Positions 37,201 through 48,892 of a DNA stretch of 64,000 bases are shown here, piece by piece. The notes beneath the pieces were generated by a model. The model saw only the letters and a program-made list of their open reading frames with translations. It made no database searches and was not told where the DNA came from. How positions within the stretch are numbered: the stretch's first letter is position 1; the number at the start of each line of letters is the position of its first letter. Source of the stretch: Antedon mediterranea (Eukaryota > Animalia > Echinodermata); contig NC_092674.1 of assembly GCF_964355755.1 (NCBI RefSeq), forward strand, positions 11,532,001-11,596,000. The letters run 5' to 3'. Both the position numbers and the translations under genes were made by a program.

Positions 37201-39230
37201 GACAGAGTAATGAATAGTACTAGTTTATTTTAGATTATGATTTATTACATCAATAGCATTATTTTCATTAATTCTTCACTTTAATTAAATTAATCTCAAC
37301 AAACACAGCTTTTTGGACATTAATTATTTTTTGGCTAGATATATGAATATGACAATAAGCGCAACGGGATACCCGTCGTCATTGGCTAACATCTGACGGC
37401 ACTTATGTCCTACAAGAGCCAAGCCTCTTGCTATAATGGCAAAATCTCTGTTTATTGTCGACCCCCATGTTGCTACTTAACGTATACTGTTAACAAAAAA
37501 TGCAATGCTTTACTTGGTTTGACTTCTAAGTAGCGCCATAGAAGCCGGATTTTTTCCAGTCTGGTCGTAGTGTTATGCTTCGTTTCGACGAAACTAGGCT
37601 TACAGCTACATCTGGTTTAATTGCGCCCACCATTGAACAACACACTAGGCCTAGAGAGAGTCTTACAGTGTCAAGTACCGTGCTTAGTTGGGTGCGAACT
37701 CCAGGCCTAGCCTATGATATCATAAATATACACAACACACAATTTTAATAACATATTGACAAAGCTAACTGATAGTGGAAGTTGTTATTAAAAGTGAATT
37801 ATAAAACTTATTTTTATTGTATTTCTTAGTTGATTTATTCTAAATTGGATTAAATATTGGGAAATATAGGCCAATGTATGTAGATCTATGTAATTGTCGG
37901 ATTATAGGAGTTTATTTTGTGCATTTAGTTAAGGTAAGTAGTTATTTTAATAACGTTAATTTATTAATTTCAACTTTCTTCTTGTCAATATTTACTGTGA
38001 TTTATATTCAATACAAAATAACATTTTAAATTTTTATTGCAATGAAGTAGGTCTCTAGTAACCTAATCTAGATCTTTTTCTACATTACGTCTTGTCCATG
38101 ATTTTTACTATTTTTTTAAATTGGGCAATTAAACATACAACTCATCCGAAAATCTGGCAAATCTACAATCAATGAGGAGAAAGACTAATTAAATGGTTAT
38201 TTCAATTCAAACATGGAGGAATAAGTAACCTCCATTATTCAAGTAAATACAATTATTGTAGAACCATAACAAATTTAACTACGTTTCGGCTATTTTCAAT
38301 AGCATTGGTAAATACAATTTGTTGTGTCCTAAAAAAATAAAAAATATGTAATAGATCAGATTTAAAACATTATAAAATAATCAATAAATATATTATGAAT
38401 TTACACAATCCATTTAGAATCAATGCATTACGTTTAAAATTTGAAATATTAAAAGCCAAAGAGAAATTTTATGTATGTTATTGTCATCAAAAAGTAAAAT
38501 GAATAATAATTTTACTCTTTCCTGGTTATTGCTGATAATCGGGACAATCGGGAGAATGTCTTCCGGTACATGAAGCATTCAAAATATTACAGTTTTTATA
38601 GGTATGTGTGGGTCAAAGAGTGGATATGAAAGACTTTAAGACTGGGAAGTTTCCGCGTATTGACTCGCATTCTGTTTTCTTCAAAACACCTCATCTCTAC
38701 TTGCCAATATTCTTCAGAAAACGGCTGTGCATAGCAACCGGAAGGTAGAGTCATTTTCAACTATACTTTCCTTTTGGAAACACACGTGTAGTGTTTGCTA
38801 GTAAGAATTGTAAACAATATCAAGTGAACAGAAGTAAATTAATTAAATGTGGAAGTAGTGAATTCAGAAACCAACTTTACTGGAAAACATTGTCTGATAT
38901 GCAAACTATAAATCGTCTTATTGTATATAACATTTTTCATTTATTTAATTAACTAACTATCTCAATGATATACTTAGATTTGTAATAATACATTTAACCT
39001 TAGGCATAGTTACTTAATGTTGCTCTGCCTCAACCTGAGTCTATATTTATAAAAGTAGCATTGCATATAATGGTGTACTTTAATGGAACATAATATATAA
39101 ACACTTTAATTGATGATTATTGGAAATTTCGAAATTGGAAAATGTATACTTATATAGATAAATTCTAAATTAACTAGATTATTGTAACAACTTGATAATG
39201 TAAACACAATACAACTACAATTGTATTGTA

Positions 39231-39290
39231 TTCCGCAGTGGCTCAGTCGGTTAGCGCGCGCCGTTATACAGTACATGGCTCCGCCCTCAC
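39231..39290 (+). pseudogene. Truncated tRNA-Ile(TAT) remnant (another 5' fragment at ~39480-39500)
   Basis: CAGTGGCTCAGTCGGTTAGCGCGC..TTATACAGTACATGGCTCCGCCCT, then the similarity breaks off. Confidence 0.7.
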
Positions 39291-39599
39291 TAATTATAAC
39301 ATAATAAATATAATAGTCCTAGACTTCAATGAATTCATAAAGCCTCCCGAAGAAACAAGCAACATTTCCAACAAGTTAATTTTCGATTTTTCCTTAAAAA
39401 ATATATTTATATTTATTCAGTTAAAAAAAATAAATAAATAGTAAAAAAATCTATTTAGATATTTAGTGGTTAGACTTGTTACCCAGTGGCTCAGTCGGTT
39501 AAACTTAATATTTTTCCTAATTAATAAATCATGTAAGTAACTTTTTACGTAATATGAAAACAAAAATCTTGTGATGTGAGATAATTTTAAGTTATATGT

Positions 39600-39706
39600 T
39601 CCCCAGTGGCGCAGTCGGTTAGCGCGCCGTACTTATAAACAGTACGTGGCTTCGCCTTTACTGGTAGGTAATGCGGAGGTCGAGAGTTCGATCCTCTCCT
39701 GGGGAA
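39600..39706 (+). tRNA. tRNA-Ile(TAT) with 33-nt intron
   Basis: Full cloverleaf followed by a T-run terminator. Confidence 0.92.
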
Positions 39707-39929
39707 AGTACTTTTTAATTAAAAAAATTAATTTTAAAGATAAAAATAAATAAGAAAAACCCTTATAAGTGGATTTATACTACCTTATAATAATAGTAAG
39801 CAGTTTATCTGATCATTGTCATTTAGCATAAAACTTAATATTTAACTAATTAATACCTTCTGTAAGAGCAAGTTACGTTATATACTAAACAAACGTTTTG
39901 TTGTATTGAGATGTTATATAGGTATATGT

Positions 39930-40036
39930 TCCCCAGTGGCTCAGTCGGTTAGCGCGCCGTACTTATAAACAGTACCTGGCTTCGCCCTTACTGGTAGGTA
40001 ATGCGGAGGTCGAGAGTTCGATCCTCTCCTGGGGAA
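39930..40036 (+). tRNA. tRNA-Ile(TAT) with 33-nt intron
   Basis: Full cloverleaf followed by a T-run terminator. Confidence 0.93.
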
Positions 40037-40449
40037 AGTACCTTTTTATAACAAAAATTAATTTTAAAGATAAAAATAAATAAGAACAAGCACGAATGTG
40101 CAATACTCGGGGTACAGCGAAAGAAGCTGTAATGACGTCATAAGACCGGATGTAACGTCACATACACATCAATAACCGCGCTACCAAATACGGCTATACG
40201 GTACCATCTTCGAGACGTGATATGGCTGCATCCGGTTTGAAATTTTAAAATCCGGCTCTAAATCTTTGAGGAAATGTCACTGTAGTATATTCATGCTAAA
40301 TCTGAGCTCAATACTATCATGAATAAGGGAGGAGTAGTACTTTATAAATCGCACTTTTTGCTCAATAGTGTCCAGATGGAAGAAGAAGAGGAAAAGATGA
40401 GAGAGTCCTAGACTCAGGTACCCCGAGTAATAAAACGAGATATACTCTA

Positions 40450-40881
40450 CACTGTAAAAATAGTGTTTAGATCTTAAACATGTATTTTTCCACACATTTA
40501 GCCTTAAACATGTTTAGATGTGAAACATGTTTAGGTTCTAAACACATTCTAAACATGTAGTCTGTACCCAACTCAACACATCAGTGACGTATTAATTGTT
40601 AAACATGTGGAGAAATATGAAGACAAGTTTAACTTTTAAACGCCACAGTAAAATCGTATGCACGCAACGCTAAACACATATACCTAAACATTTTGACTGC
40701 TAAACATGTGGAGTAATTGAACATAATATTGACATTAGTCAAGTGGAGGAAAACAACATGTAGCTATAAACACGTTTAGCTTTTAAACACGCTAAACATG
40801 TAACTCGTGTCTAAAAGCTAAACGTGTGGAAAAGGTGGGTACAAAATAGGTGTTTAAGATCTAAACACTATTTTTACAGTG
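40450..40881. mobile_element. MITE with CACTGTAAAAA termini and TA TSD (CMC/EnSpm-like)
   Basis: TIR CACTGTAAAAATAGTGTTTAGATCTTAAACA. The empty site TACTCTATATCATA at ~41415 confirms the TA duplication. Confidence 0.85.
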
Positions 40882-41469
40882 TATATCATATTACGTATAC
40901 AGTATATTTCAACATAAAGTTAAAGAAAAATAGGTTTCGCCAGGGCTCGAACCGAACCATTTACATTACAGAATAAATATGGTAATAAGCACAAAGCAAA
41001 ATAAACATGTGTAAAAGTGATAATTACCGATTACACAAAATAGTTATTTAAAACAAGCACGTATGTGCAATACTCGGGGTACAGCAAAAGTAGCTGTAAT
41101 GATGTCATAATACCGGATGTAACGTCACATACACATCAATAACCACGCTACCAAATACGGCTATACGGTACCATCTTCGAGACGTGATATGGCTGCATCC
41201 GGTTTGAAATTAAAAATCCGGCTCTATAGCTTTGAGGACATGTCCCTGTAGTATATTCATGCTAAATCTGAGCTCAATACTTCTACCACGAATAAGGGAG
41301 GAGTAGTACTTTATAAATCGCACTTTTTGCTCAATAGTGTCCAGATGGAAGAAGAAGAGGAAAAGATTAGAGAGTCCTAGACTCAGGTACCCCGAGTAAT
41401 AAAACGAGATATGTATACTCTATATCATATTACGTATACAGTATATTTCACCATAAAGTTTAAGCAAAA

Positions 41470-41545
41470 TGGTCTCGCCATGAGGGCTCGAACCGGGGAC
41501 CTTCTGCGCGTTAAGTAGACTTGATAACCACTACACTACGAAACC
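41470..41545 (-). pseudogene. tRNA-Val(AAC) pseudogene
   Basis: GGTTTCGTAGTGTAGTGGTTATCAAGTCTACTTAACGCGCAGAAGGTCCCCGGTTCGAGCCC..., with stem mismatches and an insertion in the T/acceptor arm. Confidence 0.7.
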
Positions 41546-41744
41546 TCTTACACCAAAAATGTGGGTTACACAAAGTTTTTTAATCCATTTAAATTACAAA
41601 TAAATTATTATGGTAATAAGCACAAAGCAAGATAAACATGTGTAAAAGTGATAATTACCGATTACACAAAATAAATATTTTAAAAAATAATAAAAATAAG
41701 ATATACTGTATATCATATTGCGTATACAGTACTTTTCACCATAA

Positions 41745-41817
41745 AGGTTTCGCCCGGGCTCGAACCGGGGACCTTCTGCGTGTTAAACAGACGTGATAAC
41801 CACTACGCCAAGAAGCC
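41745..41817 (-). pseudogene. tRNA-Val(AAC) pseudogene/variant
   Basis: GGCTTCTTGGCGTAGTGGTTATCACGTCTGTTTAACACGCAGAAGGTCCCCGGTTCGAGCCCGGGCGAAACC, with acceptor-stem mismatches. Confidence 0.7.
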
Positions 41818-42356
41818 GCATATAACTAAATAACGCTGTGGTGTGTGTCACACATTGTGGCTTCTTAATTAAACAAATTAATTAAAAAATGAAGCTGTAA
41901 TGACGTCATAAGACGGGATGTGACGTCACATACACATCAATAACCTACCAAATACGGCTATATGGTACCATCTTCGAGACAACATATGGCTGCATCCGAT
42001 TTGAAATTTAAAAATCCGGCTCTATAGATTTGAGGACATGTCCCTGTAGTATATTCATGCCAAATCCCAGCTCAATACTACAACTAATAAGGGAGGAGTA
42101 GTACTTTAAAAATCGCACTTTTTACTCAATAGTGTCCAGATGGAGAAAATGAGTAAGTCCTAGACTCGGGTACCCCGAGTAAAAACCCTGATAAGTGGAT
42201 TTATACTACCTTATAATAATAGTAAGCAGTTTATCTGATCATTGTCATTTAGCATAAAACTTAATATTTAACTAATTAATACTTTCTGCAAGAGCAAATT
42301 GCGTAATACACTAAACAAAATGTTTTGTTGTATTGAGATGTTACACAGGTACATGT

Positions 42357-42463
42357 TCCCCAGTGGCTCAGTCGGTTAGCGCGCCGTACTTATAAACAGT
42401 ACCTGGCTTCGCCCTTACTGGTAGGTAATGCGGAGTTCGAGAGTTCGATCCTCTCCTGGGGAA
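42357..42463 (+). tRNA. tRNA-Ile(TAT) with 33-nt intron
   Basis: Full cloverleaf with one variable-loop substitution. Confidence 0.88.
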
Positions 42464-42513
42464 ATTAATTTCTTTATACAAAAAAAATTATTTTAAAGAA
42501 AAAAATGAATAAC

Positions 42514-42860
42514 AACAAGCACTAATGTGCGATACTCGGGGTACAGCAAAAGAAGCTGTAATGACGTCATAAGACGGGATGACGTCACATACACATCAAA
42601 ATCAGCTACCAAATACGGCTATACAGTACCACCTTCGAGACGTGATATGGTTGCATCCTGTTTGAAATTTAAAAATCCGGCTCTATAGCTTTGAAGGCAT
42701 GTCCTTGTAGTATATTCATGCCAAATCCCAGCTCAATACTACAACGAATAAGGGAGGAGTAGTACTTTATAAATCGCAATTTTTACTCAATAGTGTCCAG
42801 ATGGAGGAAATGGAAGAGGAGAAGATGAGAGAGTCCTAGACTCGGGTACCCCGAGTAAAA
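42514..42860 (+). mobile_element. Single HINE unit (same family as 40085-42185)
   Basis: AACAAGCAC...ACTCGGGTACCCCGAGTAAAA, at the same position ~50 bp downstream of a tRNA-Ile. Confidence 0.78.
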
Positions 42861-43041
42861 ATCCATGATAAGTTGAATTATACTACCTTATAATAATAAA
42901 CGGTTTACCTGATCATTCTCATTTAGCATAAAACTTAATATTTTACCTAATGAATATAATTCTGTAAATAATTGTTTTAGCCCATATTACGTAATACTAA
43001 ACAAACGTTTTGTTGTATAGAGATTTTACACAGGTATATGT

Positions 43042-43148
43042 TCCCCAGTGGCTCAGTCGGTTAGCGCGCCGTACTTATAAACAGTACATGGCTTCGCCCT
43101 TACTGGTAGGTAATGCGGAGGTCGAGAGTTCGATCCTCTCCTGGGGAA
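43042..43148 (+). tRNA. tRNA-Ile(TAT) with 33-nt intron
   Basis: Full cloverleaf. Confidence 0.92.
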
Positions 43149-44091
43149 ATCAATTTTATCTATTAATATTGTAATTATTTTCTTTTTGTTATTTCATTTC
43201 AACACATACATAATACAAAATTAATAGAATGAATAAAGGTAACGTAACTATTAAACAAATAAAAAGAAACACGATATATTACTTTCTCATGAATGATCTA
43301 TTCCCGCGAATTTGCTATGAAAAATCACTGTTACCACGTTAAATATCAGTTTTTAAAAACAAATTTTGGCCTATGTATTAAATGTATTCATTTTAATGCG
43401 AAGGTCAAGGTGTGTTTTAGCCTGCTCTATTGGAGAAATAATTTCATTAATCAAATGTTTTCGTTAAAACGAGATAAAAAAAAAAAAAGCAGGCCTAGAT
43501 TTTATTACAGATGTTCAAAATTGTTTTCGATCTACTCAATGTAATCTTAATTTAACCACAATGACAAACTGGACCATTAAACAATTCGAATTAAATGGCG
43601 TTTTACAAGGTTTCGCCTGCGCCCTCAATGCAATAACTTTTTATTTGAACTAACATTTTACTAGAAATCCAGCATTTAATAACCGGTTTTAATATCATAG
43701 GCTATATGGTTAGGCCTATAATACAATTTCATTAATTGTTTTCTATTTTATAGTAATACACCTTTTTTTAGACCTTACATTTAAATTGTGTAGAAAAGTA
43801 AATTCAAGTTTCCAATATAACATTTTGTTTCAATACTAAATAAATTTGTGTCTGAGCAAACCTGTCTGTACATTACTCTACAAGCTCTTGCGCCCTCAAA
43901 CCAAACATCCCAGTCACAGAGAGTGTAAACTATGATGTGTTTTCAGACTATGGAATATCTTTTATTCCAGAATTAAGTGATAATAGCCAGTATTTGTTGG
44001 CAAATCTATAGCTTGTGTTCCACATTTCCTTACTTATAAGTAACAAGAAACAATTTGACTCTGTAATGCTTTAGGTTTATTAGTTATTGTA

Positions 44092-44196
44092 TATAGTTCA
44101 CTATGTCGGTCGGTCGGTCTGTCGGTCTGTCGGTCTGTCTGTCGGTCCGGTATCACTATGCGTTTTAGCACGCGACTTATGGCTGTTGGCCTTGTT
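44092..44196 (-). mobile_element. Internally deleted copy of the 23343-24084 HINE
   Basis: The reverse complement joins the AACAAGGCC..AGTCGCGTG head to the GACC microsatellite tail. Confidence 0.7.
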
Positions 44197-45758
44197 GTAG
44201 TTGATTGTAGTATTATGAAAGAAATGGAATTTTATGAAAAAGTATTTTAAAGGCGAAACTGCACTGATATGTAACTGAAAACCATGTAGAATGCAAACAG
44301 CAAACATACAATGACTCTTTCTATCTATAAAATTGATTTTTTTTTATTTTGACCATTTTATACACAGTAAATGCAAATGAAGATTAATAAAATAGGTAAT
44401 TTTGCATTTATTTAATTCGATGGAAAATAAAAAAAAATGATATTAATAAAAATAAAATAAGCATTTACATTTAACAAAAAAAACCTAAAATTTTCTTTAA
44501 ATTTCAATTGTTAAGTTAAATAGTTTGTTTTTATTCCATCATTTAGTAAATTACTATATGTGACATGAAAATGACATATTCAACAAAGGGGACAATATTT
44601 CGTTTACCAGTTTGCCATTGCGTTGTTTGTCAGTTTTCATCTGTCGAAGTTTGTTGTAATGTTATAATGACATTTTCTTATAATATCATTATTTAGTAGT
44701 ATATTAATTCATGGGACGTGTATATTATCTTTCTGTAATTCTGAGATTGATGTCCAGCAGTTAGGAAAACGTCCAAAGTTAAGTCAAGTTACATTTCTGA
44801 CCGCCGTAACATTGTCTTAAACGTTAAACTTACCACTGCATCTACAATAATACAATGTACTAAAAGATCTGATTTCTTTGCACAAAGTACTTTCACCCAC
44901 ATGGAACAGTAATACGAACCAATCTCTAAAGAACTTCTTAATGCCGCTTCCATTCGCCGTCTCTTTTTGTCTTTGAATTTCTTCAAGAGTTTCAGGTGTG
45001 CCATACACGTTTTTCTTAACTGTCGGCGTTCCTTTTTATGGGATTTTGTTACCTGGCCTGAAGGTCGTAGGAATTGTGATTGACGGGTCGTGATAATTAT
45101 TAACTAAACTATAACTGAGCAATATTAATGAGCCAATATTCCCACACTCAAATTTGATTTTATTCAAATTGTGTCAAGTCGTATAGCTTACGGCTGGGCA
45201 TGTTCTAATTCATGTGCGGCTTAGGCCTAGTGTTTCTATAAAACTGAAATAATCAAAAATTAGGTAGTCTAACCAATAATTTCAGTTAAACAATGTAGGC
45301 CTACAATAAAAATAAAAATGAGGTAGGCTAGGCTAACCAACCACTCCTGTTTTAGAACGAGCTTCTTCTTTACATTTCACAAAACAAACAAAAACAGGCA
45401 CACACCCACCACCTGCATATTTTGTATATATATTCAACATCTCTCAACTAGCTTAAAAATTTTTCATTGATATATTTATTTATTTATATATTTACACATT
45501 CAGTAAGACCGTAATTATTCTTTAGTTTGTATGTAGTTTCTGAATGAAGATTTGATTTCTTCTTTTTTCTATCAAACTAAAACGGATTGCTAAAGATGAT
45601 TTATTTAGATCACTCAAACGTTAAAAAAAAGACAAGTTAGTAATAATTTAATTTGTTAAGGAATGTAAGAACCACTATTATTATTTTATTAATTATAGTT
45701 TATCAAGTAATATAGTAAAATATAGTAATAGTTTAGCTGTTATGATACGCATTATAGT

Positions 45759-45817
45759 TTGTCTTGTTATTTGGAAATAAGTAGACAATGTCTACTTATT
45801 TCCAAATAACAAGACAA
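45759..45817. repeat. Perfect 29-bp-arm palindrome with 1-nt centre
   Basis: TTGTCTTGTTATTTGGAAATAAGTAGACA-A-TGTCTACTTATTTCCAAATAACAAGACAA. Confidence 0.9.
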
Positions 45818-46345
45818 CACCGGTAGTGTACAATGTACCAGTAAATTACCAGTATTTTGTGTTTTCCATTTCTTTACTTTCAATAAAGAATTCTCTTCCA
45901 CTTTTCAACTTCAGTTCGCCTCATTTAGATACTTAGTTTCGGTAACACATATTTTGGTATGTTTTAAAATACCATTTGTTATTTCTTATTTGTTTTTATT
46001 GGTTTCTGCAATTTTGTATTCATACGAATCTTCTGTCGTCTTCTTATAAAAGGTGATTCACTTTCAGTTTCAGAGACCGCACTAATGTCCTAAAAATACT
46101 TTGGCAAAGGTTGTTAATTTCAAACATTGTATTCTTAGCAAATTACTAAAGGTTATCAAACTTGATTTTAGTCCCACAGTGTTATTACACTAACTTACCT
46201 AAACGTGTTTTCTTATTCCTTTCTGTGGGCCTAGGGGGAGTTACAACAAGGTAAACACACGAGCAGGGAGCCGTCAATGTTCACTCGAAACTATGCTTCG
46301 AACTTCTTTCAGCTGCTTGTGGAGAGAATACGGTAATTGGTTTAA

Positions 46346-48892
46346 CTAGATGGCACGCTCGCTTCGCTCGCGTACCATCTAGGGGTGCTCACAGATGGTT
46401 CTCGAATACAGTAGAATCCACGGACGGGGACTTTTTTGGGACACTAAACAAAAACGGAAGTGTCCCCCTAATTGGGGTATTCAGAAATAGAGACAACAAA
46501 ACCAATACTGGATTCCATAAAGGACAATTAATTTATGTGGATTAAAGAAATTAGGGAGAAATGGAAATGTATGTACGGGAATTGGGCGGCGGCACGTGGT
46601 GGTGGTGATGGAACCGCAGTAATAAAGTTGATTGTATTTAAATATTATAAGAACCAAACTAAATAAATAGACCTAGACATTCTGCGAAATGGAAATCGGA
46701 AATTCAAGCTCCTATTCAGTGAAAAATTAAACTGTAGTCTACCTAAATATTTAGGGCAAATCATCGGTTGTGGTGTTGAACTTCCTGTAAACATTTGTGT
46801 GAACCAAACTGGGTCGAATTTCTGTCATGAGTACTGATTTGTTGGCCTGTGATTTATGACGCCTAAGGGATCTATCTAGACTTATTTTTTAGAATAATGT
46901 ACGTACCTGTCAGATACAATTGTCTTGTGTCGTATAATAAATAAGTACTGTAATAGTTACTGAAGTTACTATTACAATCTCGTCAATGAAAACACGAAAA
47001 TGTATATGCACTTACTTATGAAAACGTATACAGTATTATACTCAGTTATTGAAACAGTAGGTTTAAAAAAGTTTCGTTTGTCTGTAAAATGATGTAATCA
47101 AGCTGTTTACATGAGTCTTAATTTATAAGCACATCAATAATAAAATAGTTTATCTATCCTGTAATTGGCGAGATTATGGTCGCTGTTGAATGAAATAAAG
47201 CCAATCGGTATCATATTTGTACAGAAACGTTTTCGCGGCCGAAGGGTGTAACCTAAATTCGTTGTATTATCGTCAAGAACTAACTGTAACTAAACTTACA
47301 TAGAAAGTAGGGTATCCTAAATTTGGCCTTAGCACTCGGGGGAGTGGCTAAGATGAAGTCCGTGGGACTACTAAATATAAATTGTAATGAACCTCGAGGG
47401 ACATAAATAGGAATATTTCATGTTTCATTATCAATGTATAATAAATGGAAACTGTTTACCGATTCAAATAATAGAAATTGGTTTTTAACATTTTCCGAAC
47501 CTATTGCAAGTTTATTCTCAAAGGGCCCATATATTTACCTACCGTATGTGTTAACCCAAGGGCTCATAAATTTACCTACAGTACTTGTGTTAAACCAAAC
47601 TGGATGTTCCATTCATCGCAAATCAATACATTTGTATAATCGTATATTAAATCTATCAAAATAGTATTTTTTAAAGAAAATCGGCCTGTCTTCAACATTA
47701 TGATGGTGTACTCTAGCAATCTATCGAAATAGTATTTTTTAAAGAAAATCGGCCTGTCTTCAACATTATGATGGTGTACTCTAGCTGTTCAACCGGTTTT
47801 CAGCTATTAAAAACAATTATCGTAGGAGGAGATAGGAAAATGCGAAGCCTCCTCGCTATGTAACATTAGGGTTGAGGGATGGGAAAGCGGATAGGTACAA
47901 AGAGGAACAATTTTTAAATATATTCTTTATCCACTGAGTAACGAAATATTTTGTTCATGTTTTATAGGCCTATAAATAATATACCTCTAAATACAGTAGG
48001 CCTAAAACATTTGCGATTTAATACTTTGTTAAAACTGTCACTGTCATAATCGATTGAAATATTAAAGTACATGTCACGATACACCACTACGACGTTTATA
48101 TTTTTGGTAATTATTAATTAATACAAACGTTGAGAAGGAACTGTCAGTATAAAGTTTATTTGTATATCTAACAGTAGAGCCTATCCACAGTCTCAGTAAT
48201 AAAGTTTATTTGTATATATTTTTATATTACATCTAACAGTACGAACATTCACAGTAAGAAATGTTCGATTCAAATGAAAAATAGTTAATAGGTATTTACA
48301 GTATTGTCAAAGTATTGCAAGTTTATTCTCAAAGGGCCCATATATTTACCTACCGTATGTGTTAAACCAAGGGCTCATAAATTTACCTACAGTACTTGTG
48401 TTAAGCCAAACTCTGGCAGACTGAGAGATTGGGATGTTCCATTCATCGCAAATCAATACATTTGTATAATCGTATATTAAATCTATCAAAATAGTATTTT
48501 TTAAAGAAAATCGGCCTGTCTTCAACATTATGATGGTGTACTCTAGCTGTTCAACCGGTTTTCAGCTATTAAAAACAATTATCGTAGGAGGAGATAGAAA
48601 AATGCGAAGCCTCCTCGCATTTTTTTGGCGGGTATTTTTCAAGACGGACATCCATTAGACAGTGTATACCACGATCGGAAAACACCCCTATTTGGGGCAA
48701 ATCTTTGAACCTAAATTCGTTTTAATCGTCAATAACTAATTATCTAACTCAATTTAATTAGTAAACAGGGTTACATCAGGCGGTTAAAATCAGTACCGAA
48801 AGTACGAACCAACTTTACATACCATCGAGTGAAAATTCTAGAAGTAAGGCGCGATTTACCGAATTTTGCCCTTACGTAAATTTATATATAGA
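46346..48892 (-). mobile_element. Non-autonomous Helitron, longer copy of the 2623-3943 family with internal duplications
   Basis: Same 5' TCTATATATAAAT and 3' hairpin-CTAG ends, A|T target. 47866-48892 aligns to 2892-3943. Confidence 0.85.

Larger units (their letters stand above)
35430..40080. repeat. Inverted segmental duplication of ~5550-8480 (tRNA-Ile cluster and flank)
   Basis: For example, 36150-36900 is the reverse complement of 7230-8030, 35450-35790 matches 8090-8460, and 38600-39020 matches 6850-7210. Confidence 0.85.
40085..42185 (+). mobile_element. Compound Helentron-associated (HINE) array: units 40085-40430, 41052-41399, 41891-42185, with tRNA-Val-bearing spacers
   Basis: Units start AACAAGCAC, have subterminal IR TACTCGGGGTAC/GTACCCCGAGTA and a terminal hairpin, and lie in an A-run. 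Removing the array restores the tRNA-Ile unit flank AATAAGAAAAACCCT(T/G)ATAAGTGG. Confidence 0.75.
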
